From Blepharisma stoltei ATCC 30299 (taxonomy: Eukaryota; Protista; Ciliophora), in contig CBFDEM010000004.1 in assembly GCA_965603825.1 (NCBI GenBank), positions 744,001 to 808,000 of the forward strand: a DNA stretch of 64,000 bases, written 5' to 3'. Positions within the stretch are counted from its first letter, which is position 1. Every line of letters begins with the position of its first letter. A program made the position numbers and the translations under genes. The notes under the pieces were generated by a model. That model was not told the origin of the DNA. It searched no databases and saw only the letters and a list, made by a program, of their open reading frames with translations. Positions 1-11,726 of this stretch are shown in pieces.

Positions 1-255
1 CTGCTTCTAATTTTGAAAATTATACCATGAAAATTTATAAATAATAACTTCCGATTATTTTTAATTTTTTCATATTATCAATATAAAAGTTACATCTAAA
101 AAGTTCTTTATATATTATAGATCCAATTTTTCACGCTAAAGATGCAAACTATAAATTAAAAAAGTAAACGCAGATTGCAAGTACAGTTGAAATGCTTTAT
201 GTCTTTAGAAGATTCTAATTGAGCCTAAATCAATAAATTTTAGATTTGATATAGG

Positions 256-299
256 AATTGCCCGAGGATGGCGCTATCTTGCGCCATCCTCGGGCAATT
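256..299. repeat. Perfect 19-bp GC-rich inverted repeat with 6-nt loop
   Basis: AATTGCCCGAGGATGGCGC (256-274) - TATCTT - GCGCCATCCTCGGGCAATT (281-299); the arms are exact reverse complements, in AT-rich non-coding DNA. Confidence 0.95.
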
Positions 300-623
300 G
301 GTATATTTTCTATAAAAATCTTTTATGTTGCAATTTAGATAATTATTACATATATTTGCAAATAATTTTTACCTTATAATCTTCTTCTTAAACCAAACTT
401 ACTTACGGATTCAAACCTAATTTGCAAATATAATAAAATTTATAGCTCATATTTATTATTTTTTATTACTTAATAGCCTCTCATTATTCTTAAAGAGTGC
501 TTACATAATACTAATTCGCAGTGAAAAGGACCAGAAACTTCTAGATTGTCATCTAAATTTTAGGACAAAATAAAGTGTATTCTAGAACAATATGGAAAAT
601 TCAAAAGGATTAATGTAAATTAT

Positions 624-1202
624 ATGATGAATCGAAAACGTTCTAAGTCGGCTCGTCCGACATCCTTTCTTTCCAAAACATTTGATCTTTTAAGCCTTGA
701 TGAATTTCAAGACATTGTCTGCTGGAGTGATGATGGGAAATCTTTTACTATTAAAAATCAAGGCGAGTTTATGAATCAAGTTCTTCCTATTTATTTCAAA
801 CACAAGAATTTAGCAAGTTTTATTAGGCAACTGAACATGTACGATTTCCACAAAGTGAGAGACTCAGGAGATAAACAAATTTTTAGCCACCCTTGCTTCG
901 TAAAAGGCAATAAAAGTCTTTTGGTTGAAATTCACCGAAAAACTTCTGAGTTCTTTCCACCTCCAGTGGCAAGAATTATTCAGCAGGCGTCTGAACCACT
1001 TCTCCAAAAGTGTCAAATGCTTGAAGCAAAGCAAGTTGAAATGCAAAATGCTTTGGACACGCTTGACAAAAAGTATAAGGAAACCTGCGAAATGAACCAA
1101 ACTCTCGTTGTTGAGTTGCTAAATGCTCGAGAACGAGAAGAGAGATTATCTCAAATGATCTTTAGTGCTTCTTTATATGGAGCACCGTTTAATATGATCT
1201 AA
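624..1202 (+). CDS. Heat-shock factor (HSF)-type DNA-binding protein with coiled coil
   Basis: FLSKTFDLL...IVCWSDDGKSFTI...LPIYFKHKNLASFIRQLNMYDFHKV...FSHPCF is the HSF DNA-binding signature, followed by a heptad region. Confidence 0.92.
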   Translation: MMNRKRSKSARPTSFLSKTFDLLSLDEFQDIVCWSDDGKSFTIKNQGEFMNQVLPIYFKHKNLASFIRQLNMYDFHKVRDSGDKQIFSHPCFVKGNKSLLVEIHRKTSEFFPPPVARIIQQASEPLLQKCQMLEAKQVEMQNALDTLDKKYKETCEMNQTLVVELLNAREREERLSQMIFSASLYGAPFNMI

Positions 1203-1673
1203 TGAAGACTGTAACAAAATTTGCGAAGATATACATATATAATTTGCAAGTGAGGATAATGCTAAGACATATTTTACTGAATTAATATAAGTATTTTTAA
1301 TTTTAATTATTATGGCTAAGTTCCAATTTAAAAATGAGAATCCTTCTCGAACTCTATGAAAGCTTTATAATCCATTTTTTCTCCAGTAAAATGTATTTCT
1401 TAAGGGTTTACGAATATCGAAGAATAATTTTTGACTTTTTGTTTTAGAAAGTTTATTCATTGTCAACTCTTCATTAGTAAAAATTCCATAATAGGATGAT
1501 AGTTTACAAATTGCTAAAAACATTATTTTAATATTTTATTATAGCAATTATATAGTTATAATCAGTGCTATTGCATAAATAACACCCAATAATGGCAAAA
1601 GCAATTCAATAAAATAAACAGTTCAATGCATATTTGCAGTCTCTCAAATTCATCTATATTTAAAATTAATTTT

Positions 1674-2243
1674 TTACATATCTACTAACTTTTTTAATCT
1701 CTTTCTCGCCTTCTCTTCTTCAATTTGATCGGCAGCCTTCTCCATTTCTCTCCATTGATTCTTTCTAACCTCTGTAGACTTTTCAAGTATGCAATCATGA
1801 CAGAACCATTCTTCAAGGTCAGGAATTCTATTAATTCCTATGCAAAAGGTATGAAATCCTTGATCACACCCATCGCAAATCAAAAGGAATTCATCTTGCT
1901 GATCAGAACCACATCGTATACAGAATATGCTAGAAATATATTCTTCATACAAATCTTCAATAAGCTTGTCTGAATTTTCTACCAAAGCAACTTCAGATGT
2001 CTTGGAATTTCCAATTTCGTTGAATTTTAAATTGCATAGCGGGCATTTGTTTGATACTTTGCTCCATTCGTAAAGGCAGGAAAAGCAAAATTGGTTGTGC
2101 CCGCAATTGAGAATGCCGAGGGCAGAATGTTTTTCAATGCTTTCGAGACAGATTAGACACCTATTTAGTAAGTTCCCATTGTTATCGCAAACTTTAGGTA
2201 TATTTAAACGTGGGCCAGTATTTTTCCTAAGGCGCTTCGGCAT
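1674..2243 (-). CDS. RING + PHD finger protein (PHRF1-like architecture)
   Basis: C3HC4 RING (CLIC...CGH.FCFSC...CPLC) followed by a PHD finger (CIRC...LLICDGCDQGFHTFC...WFCHDC). Confidence 0.88.
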   Translation of the reverse strand: MPKRLRKNTGPRLNIPKVCDNNGNLLNRCLICLESIEKHSALGILNCGHNQFCFSCLYEWSKVSNKCPLCNLKFNEIGNSKTSEVALVENSDKLIEDLYEEYISSIFCIRCGSDQQDEFLLICDGCDQGFHTFCIGINRIPDLEEWFCHDCILEKSTEVRKNQWREMEKAADQIEEEKARKRLKKLVDM

Positions 2244-2547
2244 TAAATATGCGAAATTTTATATCGTGCAGGTTACCCTCAATCATAACTTCATTTATTT
2301 ATCATTAGCAAGATTTCAAGATAAGGCAGGTTTGCAGTTAATTATTAAAGTTAAGGACTGGCTATTAACTTATTTGATACGATACTTATGCTGTATATAA
2401 AGAACTTGGCATCACTAAGACCTTTGAGGTCAGTCAGTTACTTTATCTTGATATAAGTATTTCTAAAATAAAATAATTTTGTTATCATATATTTGATAAT
2501 AAATAAATTTAATTAAAGCAAAATCCTATATAAAGTAGTCTAAAATA

Positions 2548-3369
2548 TTACTTTCCATAAGCGATCTTCGAGATAAGCTTATAGACTAAAAACCCTAAGA
2601 AGTTTCCTCCATTCCAATTAAAATTCAATAAGAAAAAAGAGCCAAGCCACCCTTTATGATCACACATATGCAAAATAGGTATTTTTATGTCTTTCCAGCA
2701 TTCATGTACACAATTTACATTCATATACCTCATTTGCCCTTTAAAAGGAATTTCAAAAGGAATGGAAAGTCTGCTTAAATTTGTGATTAGCATAACAATC
2801 CATACGGACATTGGGAAAGACTTCCATGGCATTTTTTTGGCCGCAAAAAGCGTTAATGGAATGAACCATAAATGATGGGTAGAAGTAAAGATTTTATTTC
2901 ATGATGTTTCTTTCCATGCCAAGTATCCTGCAACTCCTAATTTAAACTTTCCAGTAAGTAAAAAGCTTAAAACATCTACCCAATATAATGTTTGGTCAAG
3001 GGCAACTGAAGCTGCTCCAGCGCACATCATATCAGTTCTTCCTAGAAAAGCACTTAACCCGGTTAATATTAAGCTCATGTTACATTGCCAAAACATGTCA
3101 TAAATTGCTATCTGCTCTGATTATTTATTACTATCTTGCCGCACACGTGAGATAAACAAAATAAAAGCATATGCGAATAAAAATATACCGTATTTTAGCT
3201 GTCTTCCTGTAGGCTTTTTTGTTGATTTTTTACCGCTTACCTTGTATAAAACGAAAAAGCAACTGGCAACTGCAATGATGTAAGCGATGATGGGATGAGC
3301 AAATGACTGGTGTTTTAGATCAAACTTTCCAGCAGATCCCAAAAATTTTAAAGCTGACCAAACAACCAT
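2548..3369 (-). CDS. Multi-pass membrane protein of unknown function (~268 aa)
   Basis: Three ORF-track pieces join in one frame via a 15-nt intron (3117-3131) and TGA=Trp at 2899. Hydrophobic helices with WxCN, DQxLYWxD and THHLWFIP motifs. Start chosen at ATG 3369 (MVVWS). Confidence 0.75.
3117..3131 (-). other. 15-nt spliceosomal intron
   Basis: GTAATAAATAATCAG; removes an in-frame TAA and keeps the frame; A at position 10. Confidence 0.85.
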
Positions 3370-3554
3370 ATTTTGAAACAATTATTATAACAAAAGCAAT
3401 TATCCAGCTCTTTTCTTAGGATTACCAATTAAAGTCTCATTAAGCTTTCAAATTTACCATAAATTTGATATATTAATGCAAAATTTTTCCAAAGAGAAAT
3501 GCACGTATAATGATAAAATAATTATGGCTTTTTAAGTAATTTTATTAGAAAAAT

Positions 3555-4106
3555 ATGAGGCAGCTGACAGAAGAAGAAACAAAAACCCTCTTCAGCAAAC
3601 TAAAGCTGATCCTCGGCGACAATATCCGACATTTAATTGATAGGCCTGATGAAGACTACGTTTTCAGGCTTCAAGAAAACAAAGTTTATTATATGAGCAA
3701 AGGTGTTTTAGATCTCTGCCAACTTATCGGCAGAGAAGAACTATTCTCCGCAGGCATTTGCTTTGGAAATTTTACAAAATCAGGAAAATTCAAAATACAC
3801 ATTACAGCTCTGCCTTACCTGGCTAAATACACCAAATATAAGGTCTGGGTAAAGCCAGGTGGAGAGCAAGTATTTTTATATGGAAACCATGTATTGAAAA
3901 CACACGTAGCCAGAATGACTGAAGGAGTGCCTCAATATGAAGGTGTTGTTGTGTTCTCTATGAATGATGTACCATTAGGCTTTGGGGTTGCTGCAAGATC
4001 GACTGAACAAAGCTTAAAACTCCAGCCTCACGATATTGTCGTTTTCAATCATTCAGATTTAGGGGCATATATAAGAACTGTGGAAGAAAAGCAGGCAGAT
4101 TATTAA
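3555..4106 (+). CDS. NIP7: 60S ribosome biogenesis protein NIP7
   Basis: MRQLTEEETKTLFSKL...GICFGNFTKSGKFKIHITAL...FLYGNHVLK...PLGFGVAARST...DLGAYIR (PUA domain). Confidence 0.95.
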   Translation: MRQLTEEETKTLFSKLKLILGDNIRHLIDRPDEDYVFRLQENKVYYMSKGVLDLCQLIGREELFSAGICFGNFTKSGKFKIHITALPYLAKYTKYKVWVKPGGEQVFLYGNHVLKTHVARMTEGVPQYEGVVVFSMNDVPLGFGVAARSTEQSLKLQPHDIVVFNHSDLGAYIRTVEEKQADY

Positions 4107-4164
4107 CTAAAATAATTTTTATGCAAATATTTATTAGGATTTTCAATTTGATATTGAAAATCTT

Positions 4165-5487
4165 TTAACATAAGCTAGAAAACCCAAAATATTGTTCTTC
4201 AATTATTGTGAAAATACCTGTAGAGGCTATGCCAATAAGACTTGCTGTGGTCAAAAAGGCAATCAATAAGACTATCATTGATGGCCTTTTGACTTTTCTT
4301 AGCAATGCCCGAAGCACATAGTATCCCAGTATAGCTCCTATAAGAGAAGCCCCTAATAGCCAAAGTCCATAATCCAGTTCGATCATCCCTCCAATTGTGT
4401 ATTGTAACACTGATATGGAAGCACTAAATAATATCATGAAATTTGAGCAAGATGTAGACACCTCAGGCCGAATTCCGATTGAAATCATAAAAGGATTCAT
4501 GATCATCCCTCCTCCAATTCCCAGACTTCCTGCCAAAAGTCCTGCAAATGCAGTGATCAATCCAATTTTGATAGCTAACTGGCTATTCCACTTAGGATCG
4601 CCCAAATCAAAGTCATATCCATTTTCAATTCTTCGTTGCGTTCTGTCAACTAAAAGTTTCCCACATAATCAGGATATAGCAACAAGGAGAAAGAAGTAAA
4701 ATCCAGTATAAATCCAGTATCATATATCACATTGCGTTATTCCTACAATTGAATTCATACCTTTTCCTCCCCTAATGAAGGACCCAAGCACAACTATTAC
4801 ATACACAATCCCAACTATCCCAATGCTAGAATAAGAAATTTTCATTCTTGGTTCTCTTTCTTTGATTTCTATTATTTGGTTTGTGTCCTCTTCCATTAAT
4901 GGCTTTAAAATCTCATTCATTGCAGATGCCTCACTTTTAACTTTTTCCAAATTTTCTTTCTTATATGCAAGTCACCATTTTTGGGTTGCCAATATTGATA
5001 TATAAATTTTGACAATAATAATTGTCACTATTATCAGCCACTCTGGAAATATTAGGTGTAAGAAAACACCAACTGAGGTTCCAGCTAGCAACGGAACAAT
5101 TAAATATGAGATCAATTCATAATCTGTAAGCGGCCTCGATTTTATGGTAGGGTGGCGATCATTTAATTTGAGGCATACTGACATCAGAGTTCCGCCAAAT
5201 ATAACAACCTGTGACAAAGGTATTGCGTGGGTTAAATCATAGTTGAACAAAAGCTGACCGACAATTGTGTTAAGTGGGCCACCGCCAAGACCAGCTGAAG
5301 TTGATAAAGCACTGATAATTATATTAATAAAGGTGCCTATAAACTCACTTCCTGCTATAGGGAAAAGATCTTTATGCATACATTCTCCGTCAACACAGTT
5401 GTGAAGCGACTTGCATTCGTAGTTATGCTCGCAAAATTCAGAGGCGATAATTTGAGAAAGGATGAGGAGAATTAGGACTTTTTTCAT
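4165..5487 (-). CDS. Sulfite exporter TauE/SafE-family membrane protein (440 aa)
   Basis: ORF pieces are in one frame across three TGA=Trp codons. Duplicated GLGGG / GIGGG motifs, signal peptide and a Cys-rich N-terminus. Confidence 0.85.
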
Positions 5488-6084
5488 CTTTATTTTTAAG
5501 GAATAATGGATTAACTTCGCAAAGTATTATTGATAAAGATAAATAAATATTGGATTAAATCCTTGGTTTTCTTGCGATATAACTTGCAGGTTGCTATTTA
5601 AAATTTGGAAATAACTTTTTAAAGCTGCGCTTATAACACTTGCGAAATAGTTAATTGTTCTTTATAATAGATTAGAAGTAATTGATTTACGTAAAAAAAT
5701 TAAAGCCAAATTTTAAATGTTAGATCTTGATTGCATTGCTTTAATTAAAAATTCTGCTTCTACTAAATAGTGATTTTTTCGTATTTACTCATTAGAAAAC
5801 CTCTATATTATGCCCAAAAACCCATTAAAAGCATAAGCAATTTATCTGGAGGAAATATTTTTGTTTTTGCTAGATATGTTAAAGCTTGACTTTAGTTGAA
5901 AATATTACTGAATTTCTAGCTTTTTTTGCTTTAAGCATAGTCATCATAAACTAAATATTTACTGTTGGTATTTCGAATTAATTTGGAATTATATCGATAT
6001 TGTCATATTATATTGTCGCCCAGCATATAACTTATATAAAAAATTAAAATATCTTAAATTAATCCAGACAAATTTATGTATTAA

Positions 6085-6867
6085 ATGGGAAACCATTCAA
6101 ATAGCCCTGTTAAAAAAAATCAAATGAATGAGAATGAACTGATTATTATCTTCAGGAGAGCTTCCAGTTTCTTAAGCCCAACTGATTCATTAAAATTGCT
6201 CTCTTTAAATCATTTCTTCCACCAGCACTTGCCAAATCACGAGTTCTATTTCTATGTTTCAAAGCCAATAGCAAGCTGGATTGCCAATCTTGACCAAAAT
6301 GATCCCGACGTATTTGACCATTTTGCAAGATTCTTAGAGTGTAACCCATTTACTTCTTATGATGATTTATTCAACTGCATAAAATCATCACAGAACATGA
6401 TTAAAAATCCATGCGGAGAAATGGGCTTTAATTCTTGGGAAAAACATAATGGAGGTGATGGATGAAATATTGAAGACTGGCCTGGCTATAGACATAAAAA
6501 GACAGTTTTTACAACTTCTTATGAATGGTGTGATCTAACGCAAACTATTTCTATTCCATTATCTGATCAAAAGCGATTCCTTATTGTAGGGGCATATGTG
6601 ACCAGAAGAAGTGACTGTGGAGCATTAGCAAAACTTAAAGTACAGGCATATGATAAAAACAAAAATTTAAAAGATACTTATAAAATTGATGAAGTAAATA
6701 TTCGTGAGCCTGGGCCTGCGCTTTATATGCTGAAAACTAAAATTGAGATTCAACCTTATCATAGAATATTTAAAATAACTTATTCTGGGAAAGACACGAA
6801 TTGGTGGGCTGGAACTTATGGAGCAAGATTCTCTTATTGTTATGCTCGCATCTCCTATAGCCTCTAA
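6085..6867 (+). CDS. F-box-associated (FBA) sugar-binding domain protein, FBXO2/6/44-like (260 aa)
   Basis: NMIKNPCGE..F..W..NGGDG-[TGA=W]...FTTSYEWC...RRSDCG...SGKDTNWWAGTYGARF; the TGA falls on the conserved GGDGW Trp. Confidence 0.88.
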
Positions 6868-7174
6868 TCTCATATTAAGCTTATTTTGAATAGTAATTAT
6901 GATTTTTTTGTTTTCCAAATAAATTCTTGCATACTTATAAAAAACCCCTTTCATTTACTTCAGCCAATAATTTTTTCTTTATGGCTAATAAATCCTGAAA
7001 TCTTGATTTTCCAATTTCAATCCATTCAAATCCTTTCTTCTATTTCCAAAAGCTTCTCACTCCTCCCACCACTTTCACTCATTTTGTCATCTCTTATTTG
7101 TCTCTAAAATCCAGAAAAGTCTTCCATCTTATATTATGCTAAATTTAATACATAAATAATATAGGTATATTAAA

Positions 7175-7728
7175 ATGTCTCTAAAGCTACAACATTAGGT
7201 CTTGCATACTCTGAATTGATAGCTGTTTGACCATTTTGCAAGATTCTTAGATTGCAATCCATTTAATTCTTATGATGACTTATTCATCTGCAGAAAATCA
7301 TCAAAAACAGATTTAAGCATTAGGAGAAATGCGCTTTAATTTTTGGAGCAGTAATATAGGTAGCGATGAAATATTTAAGATTTGCCCTGCTATAAGCTCA
7401 AAATAGCAGTTGATAAAAATTCTTATGAATGGTGCGATCTGGCGCAGTTTATTAATATTCCCTCACAAGATCAAAAGAGATTCCTTAATTAGGGGCACAA
7501 GTAAGCAGAGAAGGTGACTGTGGAGCATTAGACAATCTTAAAGTAGTGGTATACGATGAAAACCAAAAATAAGATATGATTGTGATGAAATAAACATTCC
7601 TAGGCTTGATTTTATATGCTAAAATCTAAAATTGAGATTCAAGCTTATCATAAAATATTTAGAATAACTTATTCTGGGAAAGGCAGCAAGATTTTCTCAT
7701 TGTTGCTCGAATCTTCAATAACCCCTAA
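7175..7728 (+). pseudogene. Chimeric pseudogene: BiP 5' stub fused to decayed FBA 3' copy
   Basis: 7175-7225 resembles the BiP start (ATGTCTC.AAA.CT.CAA.CATTAGGTCTTGCATACT). From 7226 it matches the FBA gene, with indels and TAA/TAG stops. Confidence 0.88.
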
Positions 7729-7965
7729 TCTCCTGTTCAGCTAATTTCATAAGTAATTTATAATTTGTTTGTTTCCAAATAAATTTTTGCATACTTATAA
7801 TAAAACACCCTTCAGTCAATAACTTTTTCCTTTTTGATGAAAAATCTAGAAATCTTAATTTTCCAATTTCTTTAAAAATTACTCAAATCCTTTCTTCTAT
7901 TTCCCAAAACCTTTCCATTCCTTTCCACCTCTTTCCCTCAATCTTTCCCTCTATTTTATCTCTAA

Positions 7966-7980
7966 ATTCCAGAAAATTCG
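7966..7980. promoter_or_regulatory. Canonical three-unit heat-shock element upstream of BiP
   Basis: aTTCcaGAAaaTTCg = nTTCnnGAAnnTTCn, about 55 nt upstream of the BiP ATG. Confidence 0.65.
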
Positions 7981-8035
7981 TCCACCCTTTACATCATGCT
8001 AAATTGAATACATAAATAACACGTGTATAATAAAA

Positions 8036-10012
8036 ATGTCTCGAAAACTGCAAACATTAGGTCTTGCATACTTTGGATTGATAGCTGCTTGCTTATTCTT
8101 TTCAGCCAATGCAGGTTCAAAGGACAGCGACATTAAAGGACCTGCTGTAGGAATTGACTTGGGAACAACCTATTCTTGTGTGGGTATCTATAGAAATGGC
8201 CGTGTAGAGATCATCCCTAACGACCAAGGAAACAGAATCACTCCTTCATACGTCGCACTCTCAGAAGAAGGTGAAAGACTAGTCGGAGAAGCCGCCAAAA
8301 ACCAAGCTGCCATCAACCCTAGTGGCACAGCTTATAGTGTTAAAAGACTTATTGGCAGAAAATATGACGACGACACAGTGCAAAATGATAAGAAGCTTTT
8401 ATCATACGACATTACCAACAAACAAGGAAAGCCTTATATTTCACTTCAAGCTGGAAAAGAAGTCAAAGAGTTCGCCCCTGAAGAAATCAGCTCTATGGTC
8501 CTTGCCAAGATGAGAGATATTGCTGAAGCTTTCTTAGGACAAGAAGTAAAACACGCTGTGGTCACTGTCCCAGCTTACTTCAATGACTCACAAAGACAAG
8601 CCACTAAAGATGCAGGTGCCATCTCAGGACTTAACGTTCTAAGAATCATCAACGAACCAACAGCTGCTGCTATTGCTTACGGTCTTGACAAAAAAGGACA
8701 AGGCGAAAAGAACATTTTGGTCTTCGATTTGGGTGGAGGCACTTTTGATGTGTCTTTGCTTACCATTGATAACGGAGTTTTCGAAGTCGTAGCAACTTCT
8801 GGAGACACACATTTGGGAGGTGAAGATTTTGACCAAAGAGTTATGGACTACTTGATCAAGCTTTTCCAAAAGAAAAACAATGTCGATGCTAGCAAAAACA
8901 AGCATGCCATACAAAAGCTTAAGAGAGAAGTTGAAAACGCTAAAAGAGCTTTGTCAAGCACTCATCAGGTTACAATTGAAATTGAAGCTTTCCATGATGG
9001 CATCGATTTCAGTGAAACTTTGACTAGAGCTAAGTTTGAAGATTTGAACAATGATTTGTTCAAAAAGACTTTGGGGCCTGTTAAACAAGTACTTGATGAC
9101 TCAAGCATGCAAAAGAGCGATATTGATGAAATTGTGCTTGTAGGAGGATCAACCAGAATTCCAAAGGTACAAAGATTGATCAAAGATTTCTTCAATGGAA
9201 AAGAACCAAATATGGGTATCAACCCTGATGAAGCAGTTGCTTATGGAGCTGCAGTTCAAGCTGGTATTTTGTCTGGACAAGGTGGTGAAGAGACAGCTGA
9301 CATTGTTCTTATTGATGTCGCTCCTCTTAGCTTAGGAATTGAAACTGTTGGAGGTGTTATGACCGTTCTTATTCCAAGAGGAACTGTTATCCCAACCAAA
9401 AAATCCCAAACTTTCACCACTTACCAAGATCAACAAACCATGGTCTCTATCCAAGTCTACGAAGGTGAAAGAGCCATGACCAAAGATAACCATAAGCTCG
9501 GCCAATTCGACTTAAAAGACATCCCACCAGCGGCCAGAGGAGTCCCACAAATTGAAGTCACCTTCGAAATCGACGCCAACGGAATTCTCAATGTCGCAGC
9601 AGTCGACCAAGGAACTGGCAACAAAAACCACATCACCATCACAAACGACACAGGAAGACTCTCTAAGGACGAAATTGAAAGAATGGTCAAAGAAGCTGAA
9701 CAGTTCGCTGACCAAGATAAAGAGGCTAAAGCTAAAGTTGACGCAAGAAATGCTCTTGAAAGCTATGCTTATTCAATGAGAAACTCAATAGAAGACACAG
9801 AAAAGGTTGGAGACAAATTATCAGAATCAGACAAATCAACAATTAAAGATGCAGTTGAAGACGCCTTGAGCTGGTTGTCGTCTAATCCTGATGCAAGCAA
9901 AGAAGAATACCAAGACAAACTTAAGGAGGTAGAAAAAGTCTGCAATCCAATCATTTCGAAAATATATGATACCGCTGGACATGAAGATGTGGGCTCACAT
10001 GATGATCTTTAA
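8036..10012 (+). CDS. BiP: ER Hsp70 chaperone BiP/GRP78
   Basis: Signal peptide, [36 protein letters not shown] and a C-terminal HDDL ER-retention signal. Confidence 0.97.
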   Translation: MSRKLQTLGLAYFGLIAACLFFSANAGSKDSDIKGPAVGIDLGTTYSCVGIYRNGRVEIIPNDQGNRITPSYVALSEEGERLVGEAAKNQAAINPSGTAYSVKRLIGRKYDDDTVQNDKKLLSYDITNKQGKPYISLQAGKEVKEFAPEEISSMVLAKMRDIAEAFLGQEVKHAVVTVPAYFNDSQRQATKDAGAISGLNVLRIINEPTAAAIAYGLDKKGQGEKNILVFDLGGGTFDVSLLTIDNGVFEVVATSGDTHLGGEDFDQRVMDYLIKLFQKKNNVDASKNKHAIQKLKREVENAKRALSSTHQVTIEIEAFHDGIDFSETLTRAKFEDLNNDLFKKTLGPVKQVLDDSSMQKSDIDEIVLVGGSTRIPKVQRLIKDFFNGKEPNMGINPDEAVAYGAAVQAGILSGQGGEETADIVLIDVAPLSLGIETVGGVMTVLIPRGTVIPTKKSQTFTTYQDQQTMVSIQVYEGERAMTKDNHKLGQFDLKDIPPAARGVPQIEVTFEIDANGILNVAAVDQGTGNKNHITITNDTGRLSKDEIERMVKEAEQFADQDKEAKAKVDARNALESYAYSMRNSIEDTEKVGDKLSESDKSTIKDAVEDALSWLSSNPDASKEEYQDKLKEVEKVCNPIISKIYDTAGHEDVGSHDDL

Positions 10013-10040
10013 TTATAAGAAATAAAAATTTTAAATAATT

Positions 10041-11408
10041 ATGTGTGAAAGTAACATTGAAAGAAATATTGAGAGGATAAGAAAAACCCTGAATAGACTA
10101 GGAGGGTCTTTAATTGAAGAGGTAAGAAAGAAATAGGACTTTGCTGACATTGAAAATTCCCGGGTTTTTGAAGAAGAAAAAAAGGTTCAAATTAAAGAAG
10201 AGGACTTGTATGGAAAATCATTTTATCAGAAAACAGGGAAGTATCCAGAGAATGAGATGTGGGAGATGAAAAAGATGTTGGATTTTGAAAGGAAAAGATC
10301 AGAATTCCTCGAAGAAAAGGTTAAAGCCAAAGATGAGTCATTAAAAGATATGATTATCTTGCAGCATGAACTCGAAGCAACAATTGAAATGCTGAAGCAA
10401 AGAAATGCTCCTCAAACGACTAATTGTGACAAAAGAATTGGAATTCTTGAAAGAGAGATTGAAATATTCAAAGAAAAAATAAAAGAAAGAGATCAAAAGC
10501 TGAAAGGGAAAGATGATGAAATTACACAAATTTTAGCAGAAAAAAGCGAATTGAATTTTAAGCTCAATATATTCTTTAAAGAAAATAGTGAATTAAAATG
10601 CCAGATAAAGAGTCACCAAACAAAATATGAAGAACTTGAAAAAATTTTAAATGGAAAGATTTCGGATATAAAATTATTACAAGGTAACTTGGAAGATGCA
10701 AAGAAAAGATATTTGAACGAAATTGAGATTTCTAATGAGCTTAGAAATGAAATTTCAACAATGACGATTTCCCTCAATGATATTTCAAAGACTAGGGAGC
10801 ATGACAGTATTCTTGCAGAGCTCGACCCTCAGCTCAAATGAAAGAACTCAGAAGACAAGATTTTTATGAATGAAAGTACAAAACCTGCAATAGAATCTTA
10901 TAGTTCCACAAATAAAGCTGAAAACATAGATGAAGATAAAGAAAACACACTAGAAATGAGATGCAAAATTCAAATCCCCGAACTTGACGAAATATCAAAA
11001 CTCAAAGAAAAAATGAATCAGCTTTCTTCAAAATTTGAAGAAATAAATAGTAAAAACAAAAACCAAGATAATGATGACTTAATCAGAATTCTGGGAGCAG
11101 TTGACTTTAAAGATGCTAAAGACAAAATAGCGAAATTTGTAAAACTTGATGAAAAGTATAGTTCTTTGAAGAAAACCTTTAAAAAAATAGCAAATTTAAT
11201 AGTTCAATGTTCACCTGAAGGATCATTTTACTCAATTCCTAGTCCCCATCAAGTATGAAAATGGATAACTCGCCTCTTAGAAGAGTATATGTCTCTTAAA
11301 AAAGGATCAGAGAAAATATGTAATTGTCTGGAAGCCAAATCATTTTCTCAAGCTCTTCAAATTATTGAAAAATCAATTGAAAAATTTAATAATAAGCATC
11401 ATATTTAA
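10041..11408 (+). CDS. Coiled-coil protein of unknown function (~450 aa)
   Basis: Single frame using the 15-nt intron 10122-10136 and TGA=Trp at 10839 and 11256; C-terminal WKWITRLLEEYM segment; TAA stop. Confidence 0.78.
10122..10136 (+). other. 15-nt intron
   Basis: GTAAGAAAGAAATAG; the terminal TAG would be an in-frame stop if retained. Confidence 0.72.
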
Positions 11409-11726
11409 CATTAAAATCTTATTATAATATTTTGAAAAATGATTATAAACAGTTATATTATTAATATCACGTGATTCAAGCTTTTTTAAGCTTAAAGAAC
11501 TTCAATAAGATTAAAAACAAAATATTATTTATATCTATATAAGTAGCCGCATAAATTGATTTAACTTTATAAGTGATTACCTTTAATATATGTTCCGGTT
11601 ACAAAAATAACGGTTTTTGAAAATTTAATTATTTTCTCAAAATTTAAAATTTACAGAAATAACTTCACTGATCACTTAATACGAATGCCTATATCTTAAA
11701 GATGTCATAATGATTTCTTATAAAAA

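Larger units (their letters stand above)
6313..8087 (+). repeat. Diverged tandem segmental duplication (6313-7225 vs 7226-8087)
   Basis: Colinear similarity of the FBA 3' part, the intergenic spacer and the first ~50 nt of BiP, e.g. TTTGACCATTTTGCAAGATTCTTAGA at 6313 and at 7226. Confidence 0.9.

Noticed and set aside
2316-2451. Possible structured ncRNA (TCAAGATAA...TTATCTTGA ends; GACCT-TTG-AGGTC mini-hairpin)
   Set aside because: The stems are short and AT-rich, and I recognised no snRNA, snoRNA or tRNA motifs.
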